Assembly: GCA_038216845.1 (NCBI GenBank)
Contig: JBBQPW010000001.1
Coordinates: forward strand, 1 to 41,013
Direction: 5' to 3'
From: Gaiellales bacterium
GTDB lineage: Bacteria > Actinomycetota > Thermoleophilia > Gaiellales > Gaiellaceae
Length of the DNA stretch: 41,013 bases
Shown: positions 31,151 through 39,673 of the stretch, piece by piece
Layout of the letters: the number at the start of each line of letters is the position of its first letter
Position numbering within the stretch: position 1 is the first letter of the stretch
Program-made: the position numbers and the translations under genes
Notes under the pieces: model-generated
Database searches by the model: none
Seen by the model: the letters and a program-made list of their open reading frames with translations, nothing else
Told to the model about the DNA's origin: nothing

Positions 31151-32376
31151 GCGAGGGTCGGCGGCAGCACCTCGCCATCGCTGCCGGTGCGGGTGTTCTG
31201 GCGCTCGTTTGCGCCTGTTGCGCCGTGGCATGGAGCTCCGACTCGCCGGTCGTCCCGCGCAACGGCGGGATCCTCGACGGGAGGCATGCTTGGTTGTTCC
31301 TCGTCCTGCTGGCGGTGGCGTTCGCTGCCTACCTGATCGGGCTTGGCTTCTTGCGACGCTGGCACGGGCGACTTGTCGCCGTGGCCGCCGTTGCGGTTGC
31401 GGTTCAGCTTGCGCCGCTCGGGGCACCGCTCCTTCTCTCGACCGATGCGTGGACGTACTGGGACTACGGGCGCCTTGCTGCCGCTCACGACGCAAATCCC
31501 TACGTCGACCGACCTAACTCGTTCGCAGACGACGCCGCATTCCCACACATGGGCGTCGCCTGGAGGCACAAGACATCCGTGTACGGCCCGGCTTTCTCGC
31601 TCGCCTCCGAGCCGATCGCGCGAGCGGCGGGCAGATCGGCGAGCGCAGCTGCGTGGATGTACAAGACCCTTGCGGCGATCTCCGTGCTTGCCGCTGCCGC
31701 CCTCGCGGCGAAGCTGGCGACGCGGCAGCGAGCGCTCGCTCTGGCATTCGTCGGCTGGAACCCGCTGCTCGCGATTCACTTCGCGGGGGGAGGGCACAAC
31801 GATGCGTGGGTCGGCGCCCTTGTGCTCGGGGCGCTCGCATTGTCCGCTGGACCGTCTCGCCGGTTCGCCGGTGGCGTGTGGGCTCTGGCCGTCGCCGTCA
31901 AGTGGGTTCCGGTCGTCTTTCTCCTCTTGAGTCTGCTGTCCGATCGCCGTCAGGGCCGCCGCGTTGCCGCCGCGGGTGCCGTTGCGGGAGCTGCAGGTAT
32001 TGCTGCTGTCTCGACATGGCGCTACGGCTGGCACTGGCTCGGAGCCGCCGTGCCGCTCGCGCGCAACGCGTGGCTCGAGACGAGCTATGCGCTCCCGCAT
32101 CGGCTGCAAGGCCTCGGGCTACCGAGGTCTCTCGCCGTCGGCCTGGCGGTCGCGGTGCTGGTCGTCGGGCTCAGCTGGCTGGCGCGGGAGGCCAGCCGCG
32201 GCCACCCCCGCAACGCCATGGCCGCATGCCTGATCCTCGCCACCTCGCCGTATCTCGCAGTGTGGTATCTCGGCTGGGCCGTTCCGCTTGCAGCAGCCGA
32301 CGAGGATGATCGTGTGGCCCGGGTTGCAGCACTCGGGCTCTGCGCGTACCTGCTGCCGCAGACGATTCCGCACTGA
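31147..32376 (+). CDS. GT-C polyprenol-phosphomannose-dependent mannosyltransferase, MptA/MptB (GT87)-like
   Basis: LLSTDAWTY..GR..NPY, SVYGP, WNPLLAIHFAGGGHND, AVKW. Confidence 0.82.
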   Translation: MSEGRRQHLAIAAGAGVLALVCACCAVAWSSDSPVVPRNGGILDGRHAWLFLVLLAVAFAAYLIGLGFLRRWHGRLVAVAAVAVAVQLAPLGAPLLLSTDAWTYWDYGRLAAAHDANPYVDRPNSFADDAAFPHMGVAWRHKTSVYGPAFSLASEPIARAAGRSASAAAWMYKTLAAISVLAAAALAAKLATRQRALALAFVGWNPLLAIHFAGGGHNDAWVGALVLGALALSAGPSRRFAGGVWALAVAVKWVPVVFLLLSLLSDRRQGRRVAAAGAVAGAAGIAAVSTWRYGWHWLGAAVPLARNAWLETSYALPHRLQGLGLPRSLAVGLAVAVLVVGLSWLAREASRGHPRNAMAACLILATSPYLAVWYLGWAVPLAAADEDDRVARVAALGLCAYLLPQTIPH

Positions 32377-32379
32377 GTG

Positions 32380-33804
32380 CTATTGCGAGCGGCGGAGGAC
32401 GACGATCCCCTTGCGCGCGAATACGACGTGCCAGTGCGGATCCTGCCGAATTCTCCTGAGCGCCTGGAGCCCGCGGCGATGCGCGAGGTTGTCGTCGCCG
32501 TAGCTCATCCGCAACGTGTCGACCACGATCCAGCGCGCTTCACGGAGAAGCGGGAAGCTGAGAACGCGGCGCCGGTCAGAGAGATGAGCACCGATCGTGT
32601 TGGAGGTCGATACAGTGGCCGCTCGTGGGAGCAGCGTGATCGCGTGCTCTGCAGTGCGATCTCGGCCCGTGATTCGGTACTGGTACGCGGTCTGGTCCTG
32701 CCCGAAGGGCACGTCGTGCCAGAGGGGAATCGGACCCAGGGCCACCGCGGTCACAACGCCGATCCCGACGAGTCCCCGCACGACGACCGGCGCGACCTCC
32801 CGTCGGAGCCCGATAAGGCGGGCGGCCCCGAACACCGCGCCGATCACGAGTCCGGGTATCGCGACGGCCGTGTAGTGAAAGTTGATCGAGGTCTGCGTCG
32901 CCGTGTCCGAAAGCACGTTGAGCGCGATCTCCGGTAGCGCGATGAGCGATGCTCCCAGCCCGAAGAGCGGGAGCAACGCAAGGGGGATCAGGAGTTGCAA
33001 CAGGTAGCGGAAGTCGCGCGCCTCGGTCGCCGCCGTGACGATCCGCGCGGGGTCCGTAAACGCGGTGTGAGCCATCCCGCCGAACGAGCCGCCGACTGCC
33101 GCGTAGCGTCCCTCGAAGGGTGAGCCGGTTCCCGGTGCGAAGTGCGGCACGATGACGGCAACCGCCACGTACGAGATCGCAGCGCCCGACGCCGCGATCG
33201 TGCCTCCTACCAGGCGTCGGCCTTTCACGAGGGCGTACCAGGCTCCCATGGCCGCGACGGTGAACCCGACCTGCTCCTTGGTCAGGCAGGCAGCGATCGC
33301 GAGTGCGGCGAACGGGACGACCCGCTCCTCGTCGAGGTACCAGAAGGCCCCGAGGAGGAGCGGCGTCGCCAGGGCAACCGGGTGAAAGTCGTCGACGACC
33401 AGCCATTGCGTCGCCGGGTACAGGAGATAGCCGACGCCGAAGGCGAGTCCCATCCATTCCGACGCCAGGTGCTTCTTCGCGAGCAGGAAGACGGGTACGG
33501 CCCCCGCCGCCACTGTGATGGCTTGGATTGTCAGGAGAAGCGCCGGGTCGGGCCAGATTCTCCACAGCGGCGCGAACGCGGCAACCAGCGGGTCGAAGTG
33601 CGCGCCGAGGCGCGAGATCTGCCGACCTTGGAGATCGGTGATCTCGAGGAACCGCCCGTGCGATGTCGACCAGACGGCCTGGGTGAGGTTGCCGAGGTCG
33701 AACCGACCGCTCCAGAACGCGAGGTGCCGGATCTCGGCGAGCGCCGCGAACCCCGCCGAGAAGGAGATCGCTGCGGCGACGAGGAGGATGCGGGGACGAG
33801 TCAC
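32380..33804 (-). CDS. DUF2079 membrane protein (probable GT-C fold)
   Basis: FDLGNLTQAVW, GAHFDP, DFHP, LTKE, FHYTA, many TMs. Confidence 0.82.
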   Translation of the reverse strand: MTRPRILLVAAAISFSAGFAALAEIRHLAFWSGRFDLGNLTQAVWSTSHGRFLEITDLQGRQISRLGAHFDPLVAAFAPLWRIWPDPALLLTIQAITVAAGAVPVFLLAKKHLASEWMGLAFGVGYLLYPATQWLVVDDFHPVALATPLLLGAFWYLDEERVVPFAALAIAACLTKEQVGFTVAAMGAWYALVKGRRLVGGTIAASGAAISYVAVAVIVPHFAPGTGSPFEGRYAAVGGSFGGMAHTAFTDPARIVTAATEARDFRYLLQLLIPLALLPLFGLGASLIALPEIALNVLSDTATQTSINFHYTAVAIPGLVIGAVFGAARLIGLRREVAPVVVRGLVGIGVVTAVALGPIPLWHDVPFGQDQTAYQYRITGRDRTAEHAITLLPRAATVSTSNTIGAHLSDRRRVLSFPLLREARWIVVDTLRMSYGDDNLAHRRGLQALRRIRQDPHWHVVFARKGIVVLRRSQ

Positions 33805-34874
33805 CTTGCGGCGACGAGCGCTTCGAACAGCACTCTCCAGGTCTGACCGAGGACGGCCTCGCTGGCGCGGGCCTCATAGGTCCTGCGCCCGGCGTCTGCG
33901 ATCTCGCGACTGCGACGCGGATCAGCGCCAAGGTGGCGCAGCGCGGCCGCCAGCGCATCGGCATCGCCCGCCGGCACGAGCACCGAGTCCACGCCGTCGG
34001 TCAGCAGCTCCCGCGCGGCCGGGGTGTCGGCCGTCACGAGGGGTGTGCCGCAAGCGAGTGCCTGAAACGCCTTGTTCGGGATCACGCGCGCTGCCTTGGC
34101 CGATGTCCCGAAGATGCCGAGCGCGCAGCCCGCCGCTCGAATCACGACCGGCAGCTCCTCGTACTCGATCCACGGAACATGCGTTACGTTCGGCGGCGCA
34201 GCAGCCAGCAAGCCGGTGAGTTGCCCGCTGCCGACGATCCGAAACGGCAGTTCCGGGGCGAGCCGCGCGGCTTCCAGGATCGTCTCGAGGCCGTGGAGCG
34301 GGATCAATTTTCCGACGAACAGAGCCGAGAACGGCTCCTCAGGATGGGGCTCCGGATGGAACAGCCGATCCTCCGCGCCGACGAAGCAGACGTGAACCCG
34401 TCTCGAATCGATCTCGAACCGGTCTGTGTAGAACGCGGCATGGGCCGCCGTGTCGGCGACGACGACATCGGCTGCTCGAAATGCGGCGCGGTCGAGCCGA
34501 CGCAGCGATCGCCCGGCCAACGAGGTCGGCGTGAAACGCCCGCGATCGCCGACGAGCGTGTCGTAGAGGGACACCAGAGGGTCGAAGACGATCGGTCTGC
34601 CGCGGGCCGCGATCCGTGCCGACCCGAGATCGAGGTGTCCGGGGTAGCCGACGAGGAGAGCATCCGCACGCTCTCGGCGCGACAGCGCAAGCCGCACTTC
34701 CGCGAGCGCGAGGCGCGCCACCGCTGCGGGGCCGGCTCGCCACGCGTCGCGCGTTCCGTCCCACACGTCGATGTGGCGCTCGCCGACCTCGACGCCTGCC
34801 GCACGCAGACACGATCGCACCTGGGCGTTCCGCGGGTAGTCCCGCTGGTACGTGCCGTAGGCGAGAACGCGCAT
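33801..34874 (-). CDS. GT4 (GT-B) glycosyltransferase
   Basis: YPRN, FVGKLIPLHGLE, IPNKAFQALACGTPLVT. Confidence 0.9.
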   Translation of the reverse strand: MRVLAYGTYQRDYPRNAQVRSCLRAAGVEVGERHIDVWDGTRDAWRAGPAAVARLALAEVRLALSRRERADALLVGYPGHLDLGSARIAARGRPIVFDPLVSLYDTLVGDRGRFTPTSLAGRSLRRLDRAAFRAADVVVADTAAHAAFYTDRFEIDSRRVHVCFVGAEDRLFHPEPHPEEPFSALFVGKLIPLHGLETILEAARLAPELPFRIVGSGQLTGLLAAAPPNVTHVPWIEYEELPVVIRAAGCALGIFGTSAKAARVIPNKAFQALACGTPLVTADTPAARELLTDGVDSVLVPAGDADALAAALRHLGADPRRSREIADAGRRTYEARASEAVLGQTWRVLFEALVAAR

Positions 34875-34883
34875 CCGGCTGGT

Positions 34884-35843
34884 CTAGCGGAGCACTTGAT
34901 CGACGAGCAAGCTCGCGCGATCGTGCTCGCCGACCCGCTCTTCGTGATGACTCGTGATCAGCTCCGACAGGAGCCCGAGCGACAGGAACTGCATTCCGAC
35001 GACGATCAAGAGTACGCCGAGCAGGAGGAGTGGCCGCTGCCCGATTGCGCTTCCGGCGATCTTGAGCGCGGTGAGATAGGCGAGAACGGCCGTGCCGCCG
35101 CCGAGCAACAGTAGGCCGAGCCCGCCAAACAGGTGCAATGGACGGTTCCGGTAGCGGCCCATGAAGGTGACGGTGAGGAGGTCCAAGAACCCCCGCATGT
35201 ACCGCTCGACGCCATATCGCGAGCGGCCGCGCGCACGCGCGCGATGGTTGACCGGCAACTCGGCGACTCGGAAACCGCGGTAGTGCGCGATCACCGGGAT
35301 ATAGCGGTGGAGCTCCCCGTAGAGCCGGAGACCGCGCACAACCTCGGGCCGATATGCCTTGAACCCACAGTTCATGTCATGGAGGCGGATGCCGGAGACC
35401 AGCCCGGCCACCCGGTTGAAGACTCTCGACGGAACGCGACGAGTCCACGGATCCTGGCGCTTGGTCTTCCACCCAGAGACCAGATCGAAGCCCTCGTCGA
35501 GCTTGGCGAGGAGTCGCGGAATCTCCGCCGGGTCGTCCTGGAGATCGCCGTCGATGGTCACGATCACGTCGCCTGATGCCTCTGCAAAACCGGCCGCGAG
35601 CGCCGCGGCCTTGCCGAAGTTGCGGCGCAGTCGGACAACGCGCACGTTGTGATGCGCTGCGTGGAGCCGGGCCAGCGCCGCGAACGTGGCATCCATGGAG
35701 CCGTCGTCGACGAAGATCGCCTCCCATGCCTGGTCGCGGGCCTCGTCGCTGGGGTCGTCGGGCTGGAGCGCCTCCGCGAGCTCCGCGAGCAGCGGGCCGA
35801 CGTTCTCCTCCTCGTTGTGCACCGGAATGACGACAGAGATCAC
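34884..35843 (-). CDS. GT2 polyprenol-phosphate glycosyltransferase (DPM1/ArnC/GtrB-like)
   Basis: SVVIPVHNEEEN, VDDGS, RRNFGKAAAL, DGDLQDDP, two C-terminal TMs. Confidence 0.92.
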   Translation of the reverse strand: MISVVIPVHNEEENVGPLLAELAEALQPDDPSDEARDQAWEAIFVDDGSMDATFAALARLHAAHHNVRVVRLRRNFGKAAALAAGFAEASGDVIVTIDGDLQDDPAEIPRLLAKLDEGFDLVSGWKTKRQDPWTRRVPSRVFNRVAGLVSGIRLHDMNCGFKAYRPEVVRGLRLYGELHRYIPVIAHYRGFRVAELPVNHRARARGRSRYGVERYMRGFLDLLTVTFMGRYRNRPLHLFGGLGLLLLGGGTAVLAYLTALKIAGSAIGQRPLLLLGVLLIVVGMQFLSLGLLSELITSHHEERVGEHDRASLLVDQVLR

Positions 35844-35897
35844 GATCGCGAGCGTACCCCGCGGCAGTCGGCTGCGTCTCCCGGGTAGCGTCTTGCC

Positions 35898-37094
35898 ATG
35901 GCCGGTCTCGTCACGATCGAAGACGCGCTCGCGCTCGTCCTCGACAAGGCCGTGGCTCTTTCTGCTGAAACGGTGCCTCTCGCTGAGGCGGCCGGACGCT
36001 TTCTCGCCGAGCCGGCGCGAGCGGCGACCGACCTACCGCCGTTCCCGAGCTCTGCGATGGACGGGTTCGCAATCCGGTCGGCGGATGCGCCGGGGTCGCT
36101 TCGGATCGTCGGCCGGATAGCCGCCGGCCGGCCCGCGCTGGCCGCGCTCGGCAGGGGCGAGGCGATGGGTATTGCGACGGGCGGCGTCGTTCCCGAAAGA
36201 GCGGACGCGGTCGTTCCGATCGAAGACGTTCTCGAAAAAGACAACATCGCCGACGTCACTTCGCCAGTCCAGGCGGGCGCAAATGTGCGTCCCCGCGGTG
36301 GAGACGTGCACGCTGGTGAGGACATCGTCCCGGCCGGCCGTTTGCTCGGCCCCCCGCAACTCGCGGCACTCGCAGCCGCAGGTGTCGCAGTGGTCCGGTG
36401 TGGGCGCTGGCCGAAAGTCACGATCCTCGCGACCGGCTCGGAGTTGCGACAACCGGGGGAGGCACTCCAGCCGGGCGAGATCTACGAGTCCAACGGTCTG
36501 ATGCTCGAAGCGGCGGTGAGGGCCGCCGGTGCTGTCGTAGATCGTCTCGTCTCGGTCCCGGACGATGAGGATGCGCATCGGCTGGCCCTGGAGCGCGGGC
36601 TCGCCGCGGACGTCCTGGTGACCTCGGGCGGCGTGTCCGTCGGGCCGCACGATCTCGTCCGCCGGCTGGAAGAGGAGCTCGGAGTCATAGAGGTCTTTTG
36701 GGGCGTGGCCATGCGCCCGGGGAAGCCGCTCGCGTTCGGTGTCCGTGGCTCGACGCTCGTGTTCGGGCTCCCAGGCAACCCCGTGTCATCGCTCGTCGGC
36801 TGCGAGCTCTTCGTTCTTCCCGCGATCCGAGCTCTTCAAGGAGCCGCGACGCCGGAACCTCGGTTCGAGCACGGTGCTCTCGGCCAGGTGGTGCGGCGGA
36901 GCGCCGCCCGCGACGATCTCGTCCGAGCGAGCATCGAGCTGTCGACGGATGGCATGGCCGTTCTCTGGCCCGTGATCGGCCAGGAGTCGCACATGATTGC
37001 CAGAGCGGCGGCCGCGGACGCGCTGATCCACGTTCCCCGTGGCGAGGGAGAGATCGCCACCGGCGCGTCTGTCCGTTACCTGCGCCTGGCCTGA
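35898..37094 (+). CDS. moeA: Molybdopterin molybdenumtransferase MoeA
   Basis: SSAMDGFA, ATGSEL, YESNG, TSGGVSVG, RPGKP, LPGNPVS. Confidence 0.96.
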   Translation: MAGLVTIEDALALVLDKAVALSAETVPLAEAAGRFLAEPARAATDLPPFPSSAMDGFAIRSADAPGSLRIVGRIAAGRPALAALGRGEAMGIATGGVVPERADAVVPIEDVLEKDNIADVTSPVQAGANVRPRGGDVHAGEDIVPAGRLLGPPQLAALAAAGVAVVRCGRWPKVTILATGSELRQPGEALQPGEIYESNGLMLEAAVRAAGAVVDRLVSVPDDEDAHRLALERGLAADVLVTSGGVSVGPHDLVRRLEEELGVIEVFWGVAMRPGKPLAFGVRGSTLVFGLPGNPVSSLVGCELFVLPAIRALQGAATPEPRFEHGALGQVVRRSAARDDLVRASIELSTDGMAVLWPVIGQESHMIARAAAADALIHVPRGEGEIATGASVRYLRLA

Positions 37095-38917
37095 GCGGCG
37101 CGCACCGATTTCCTGACGGTCTCGCGAATCGCGCCGCGAGGCGGGTGTTGCGCGCCCCCTGCGTACGGCGCATAGCGCGCGGCAATGACGATTCCGAGTT
37201 GGCCCGCGACGGCGATCCACGCGAGTACGAGGCCGGCCGTTACCCACGGCAGATACCCCACGCTGACGAGTTGGACGAGATAGAGGGGGGTGCGCGCTCC
37301 AAGAGAGAAGCGTCCGCCGATCGAGACGAGAACCACGACGCCTCCGACGAACCCGGCGCCGTAGAGGCAGTCTCGAAGCCACCCTCGGATGGCAGTCGGG
37401 AGCCAGAGCCAGGTGTACAGCGACGGAAGGATGAAGAGCAGCGCAAGCGGGTGGACGATCGCCGTGACCGTGGCCAGTGTTCCGAGCCCCACGAGGCCGG
37501 CGGCGTAGCCGGCGAGCGCCTCGTCATCGGTCGGTGGTCGCTCCGGAGTCAGACGTCGCCGCGCGACGAACCAGCCGACGAGCGCGAGGGTGGCGCCGAT
37601 CCCGAGTCCGGCGAGCGGCCAGGTAAGCGCCTCGCGGCTGGTAGGAGGAATCGGCCGCCCGTTGCCGCTCGGGAGAAAGCCGACGAGGGCTCCCACCCAG
37701 AGGATGGCGCCGAGCCAGAGGCAGTAGCCGAGACGACGTCGGAGAGAGCGAATCGCCGGCGCGAGGGCGATGCCAAGCCGTCTGCACCGCGCAACCAGAT
37801 CGAGAACGCCGACGGCGAACGGGAGCAATGCCGCGATGAAGAAGAGCTCCAGAGCCCAGCCGCGGACGACCCGGTCGCCGATCACAACCTTTGTCGACGA
37901 TCCTTGCGCCAGCTCGAGTCCGGCGTCTAGCGATCCGAGAAGGCTTTGCGACGCTGCCCCGAGGCGTGCCAGCTTCTCGGGCGCGACGCGGCCGAGCCCG
38001 TCCAGGAGATCGCTCTTTCCGGTGTCATCAGCTGTCGTAATGCGTATGGCGGACACGCGGTGGCCGAGAAACGGCGCCTGATCGCCGTAGGCGAACGGCA
38101 ATCCGAGATCGACGAGCTGGCGCAACACTCCGGGGAGGCTCGGTGGTTGCCCGGTTTGCTCCATGATCCGGGCGACCGCCGTTCGGATGAGGGCAGCCGA
38201 TGGAACGCGTCCGCCGTCGCCGGCGATGTCAAGTCTCGGAGGGAGGCTGCCGGCAAGCCCGTCGAGGACGATGGCAGCAACCAGATCGCGGCGATACGGC
38301 GACGTGGCGACGAAGCGACGTGCCCCAATACTGCCGAACGCACCCGCGTCGGTGGAGAGGAAGACGAGCGTATGCAGCGGCTTGGGTCGCGTCGATGTTG
38401 TTCCCGCGGCGCCGTATGCGCGTGCGAGTTGGATCAAGGCGGCGGTTCCGGTCGCGTTGTCGTTTGCACCCGCGCCGAGCCCGTTGTTGTCACGGTGCGC
38501 GACGATGGCGATGACGCCCTTGCCCGCTCCGTGAACGACGACCGCAAGGTTGTGAAGTTGCACGCGGCCAAGTCCTGGGACGTCCTCGCTCCATGGGTCA
38601 TCGAGCGCGGTCAGCCCGTACTGGGCGAGGGTGCTGGAAACCCACTTCGCGGCGAGGTTGGCTTGCGGGCTGCCCGGAATCCGGTTCGGGAACTGCCCGG
38701 CAAGTTGGGAGGTCAGCGAAAAGGCAGCAGCGCCGTCGAAGGACGACGGTAGGGCGGGCGCGGCGATTGGGTCGCCACGCGATGTGGTCAGAGCGAGGAC
38801 GACGGCCGCCACGACGACGCCGACTGAAGCCTTGCGGACGAGTCTCGTGTCGATCGGGCTCGCAACGGAGCCGCGACGCGGCCTCCGGTGGAGGTCTCGT
38901 AGGCGGGCGCCCTGCAT
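37076..38917 (-). CDS. Membrane protein with degenerate M28 peptidase-like domain and C-terminal multi-TM region
   Basis: N-terminal TM, RIPGS, AHRD, GANDNATG, VLDG, GDQAPF, then about 7 TMs. ATG at 38917 follows TACTAT. Confidence 0.8.
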   Translation of the reverse strand: MQGARLRDLHRRPRRGSVASPIDTRLVRKASVGVVVAAVVLALTTSRGDPIAAPALPSSFDGAAAFSLTSQLAGQFPNRIPGSPQANLAAKWVSSTLAQYGLTALDDPWSEDVPGLGRVQLHNLAVVVHGAGKGVIAIVAHRDNNGLGAGANDNATGTAALIQLARAYGAAGTTSTRPKPLHTLVFLSTDAGAFGSIGARRFVATSPYRRDLVAAIVLDGLAGSLPPRLDIAGDGGRVPSAALIRTAVARIMEQTGQPPSLPGVLRQLVDLGLPFAYGDQAPFLGHRVSAIRITTADDTGKSDLLDGLGRVAPEKLARLGAASQSLLGSLDAGLELAQGSSTKVVIGDRVVRGWALELFFIAALLPFAVGVLDLVARCRRLGIALAPAIRSLRRRLGYCLWLGAILWVGALVGFLPSGNGRPIPPTSREALTWPLAGLGIGATLALVGWFVARRRLTPERPPTDDEALAGYAAGLVGLGTLATVTAIVHPLALLFILPSLYTWLWLPTAIRGWLRDCLYGAGFVGGVVVLVSIGGRFSLGARTPLYLVQLVSVGYLPWVTAGLVLAWIAVAGQLGIVIAARYAPYAGGAQHPPRGAIRETVRKSVRAAQARRR

Positions 38918-38925
38918 CGCCGGGC

Positions 38926-38932
38926 TATAGTA
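38926..38932. promoter_or_regulatory. Overlapping bidirectional -10 elements (TATAGT on +, TACTAT on -)
   Basis: ctatagtag lies between the divergent M28-like and response regulator genes. Confidence 0.55.
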
Positions 38933-38974
38933 GGCGCCGGCAGGCAGACGCGCGCCCCGCGCGAAGACGCACGG

Positions 38975-39673
38975 ATGCCGGACTCCCACACCATCCTCCT
39001 CGTTGACGACGAGGACTCGATCCAGACACTGCTGGCGTTCCCGCTCCAGCGGGACGGCTACACGGTCGTTCAGGCCCGCGATGGTGAAGAGGCTTTGCGT
39101 CTCTTCGGGCAGCAGCCGGTCGATCTTGTGGTCCTCGATCTGATGTTGCCGCGCGTCGACGGGCTCGAGGTCTGCAGACGGCTGAGAGCGGAGAGCACGG
39201 TCCCGATCATCATGCTCACGGCCCGCGACGACGAGCTCGATACCGTGCTCGGACTGGAGCTCGGCGCCGACGACTACATCACGAAGCCGTTCTCGATCCG
39301 TGAGTTCCGGAGTCGCGTAAAGGCACTGCTCCGTCGCGCGTCGCAGCCGCCGCTCTCGGCGCATCAGGATCCTGTGATCGACGATGGCGAAGTGCGAATC
39401 GATCTGCCGAGACGCGCCGTCGCAGTGCGTGGGAGCGTCGTGAGCCTGACCTATGTCGAGTTCGAGCTCCTTGCTCTCCTCGCCTCCCACCCCGGCGTTG
39501 TGTATTCGAGACGCCAGCTTCTCGAGCGGGTTCGCGGCGGGGCGGACTATCGCGAACCACGCACGATCGATGTGCACGTCCGCCATCTACGGGAGAAGAT
39601 CGAGGTATTGCCCGCCGAACCGGAGCTGATCCTCACGGTTCGTGGTGCCGGCTACCGCTATCGCGACCGGTGA
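38975..39673 (+). CDS. OmpR-family response regulator (WalR/MtrA/RegX3-like)
   Basis: LLVDDE, LDLMLP, MLTA, GADDYITKPF, RTIDVHVRHLREK, TVRGAGY. Confidence 0.95.
   Translation: MPDSHTILLVDDEDSIQTLLAFPLQRDGYTVVQARDGEEALRLFGQQPVDLVVLDLMLPRVDGLEVCRRLRAESTVPIIMLTARDDELDTVLGLELGADDYITKPFSIREFRSRVKALLRRASQPPLSAHQDPVIDDGEVRIDLPRRAVAVRGSVVSLTYVEFELLALLASHPGVVYSRRQLLERVRGGADYREPRTIDVHVRHLREKIEVLPAEPELILTVRGAGYRYRDR

Noticed and set aside
38918-39586. N-terminal extension of the M28-like ORF (836 aa in the track)
   Set aside because: Antisense to the response regulator. A -10-linked ATG exists at 38917.
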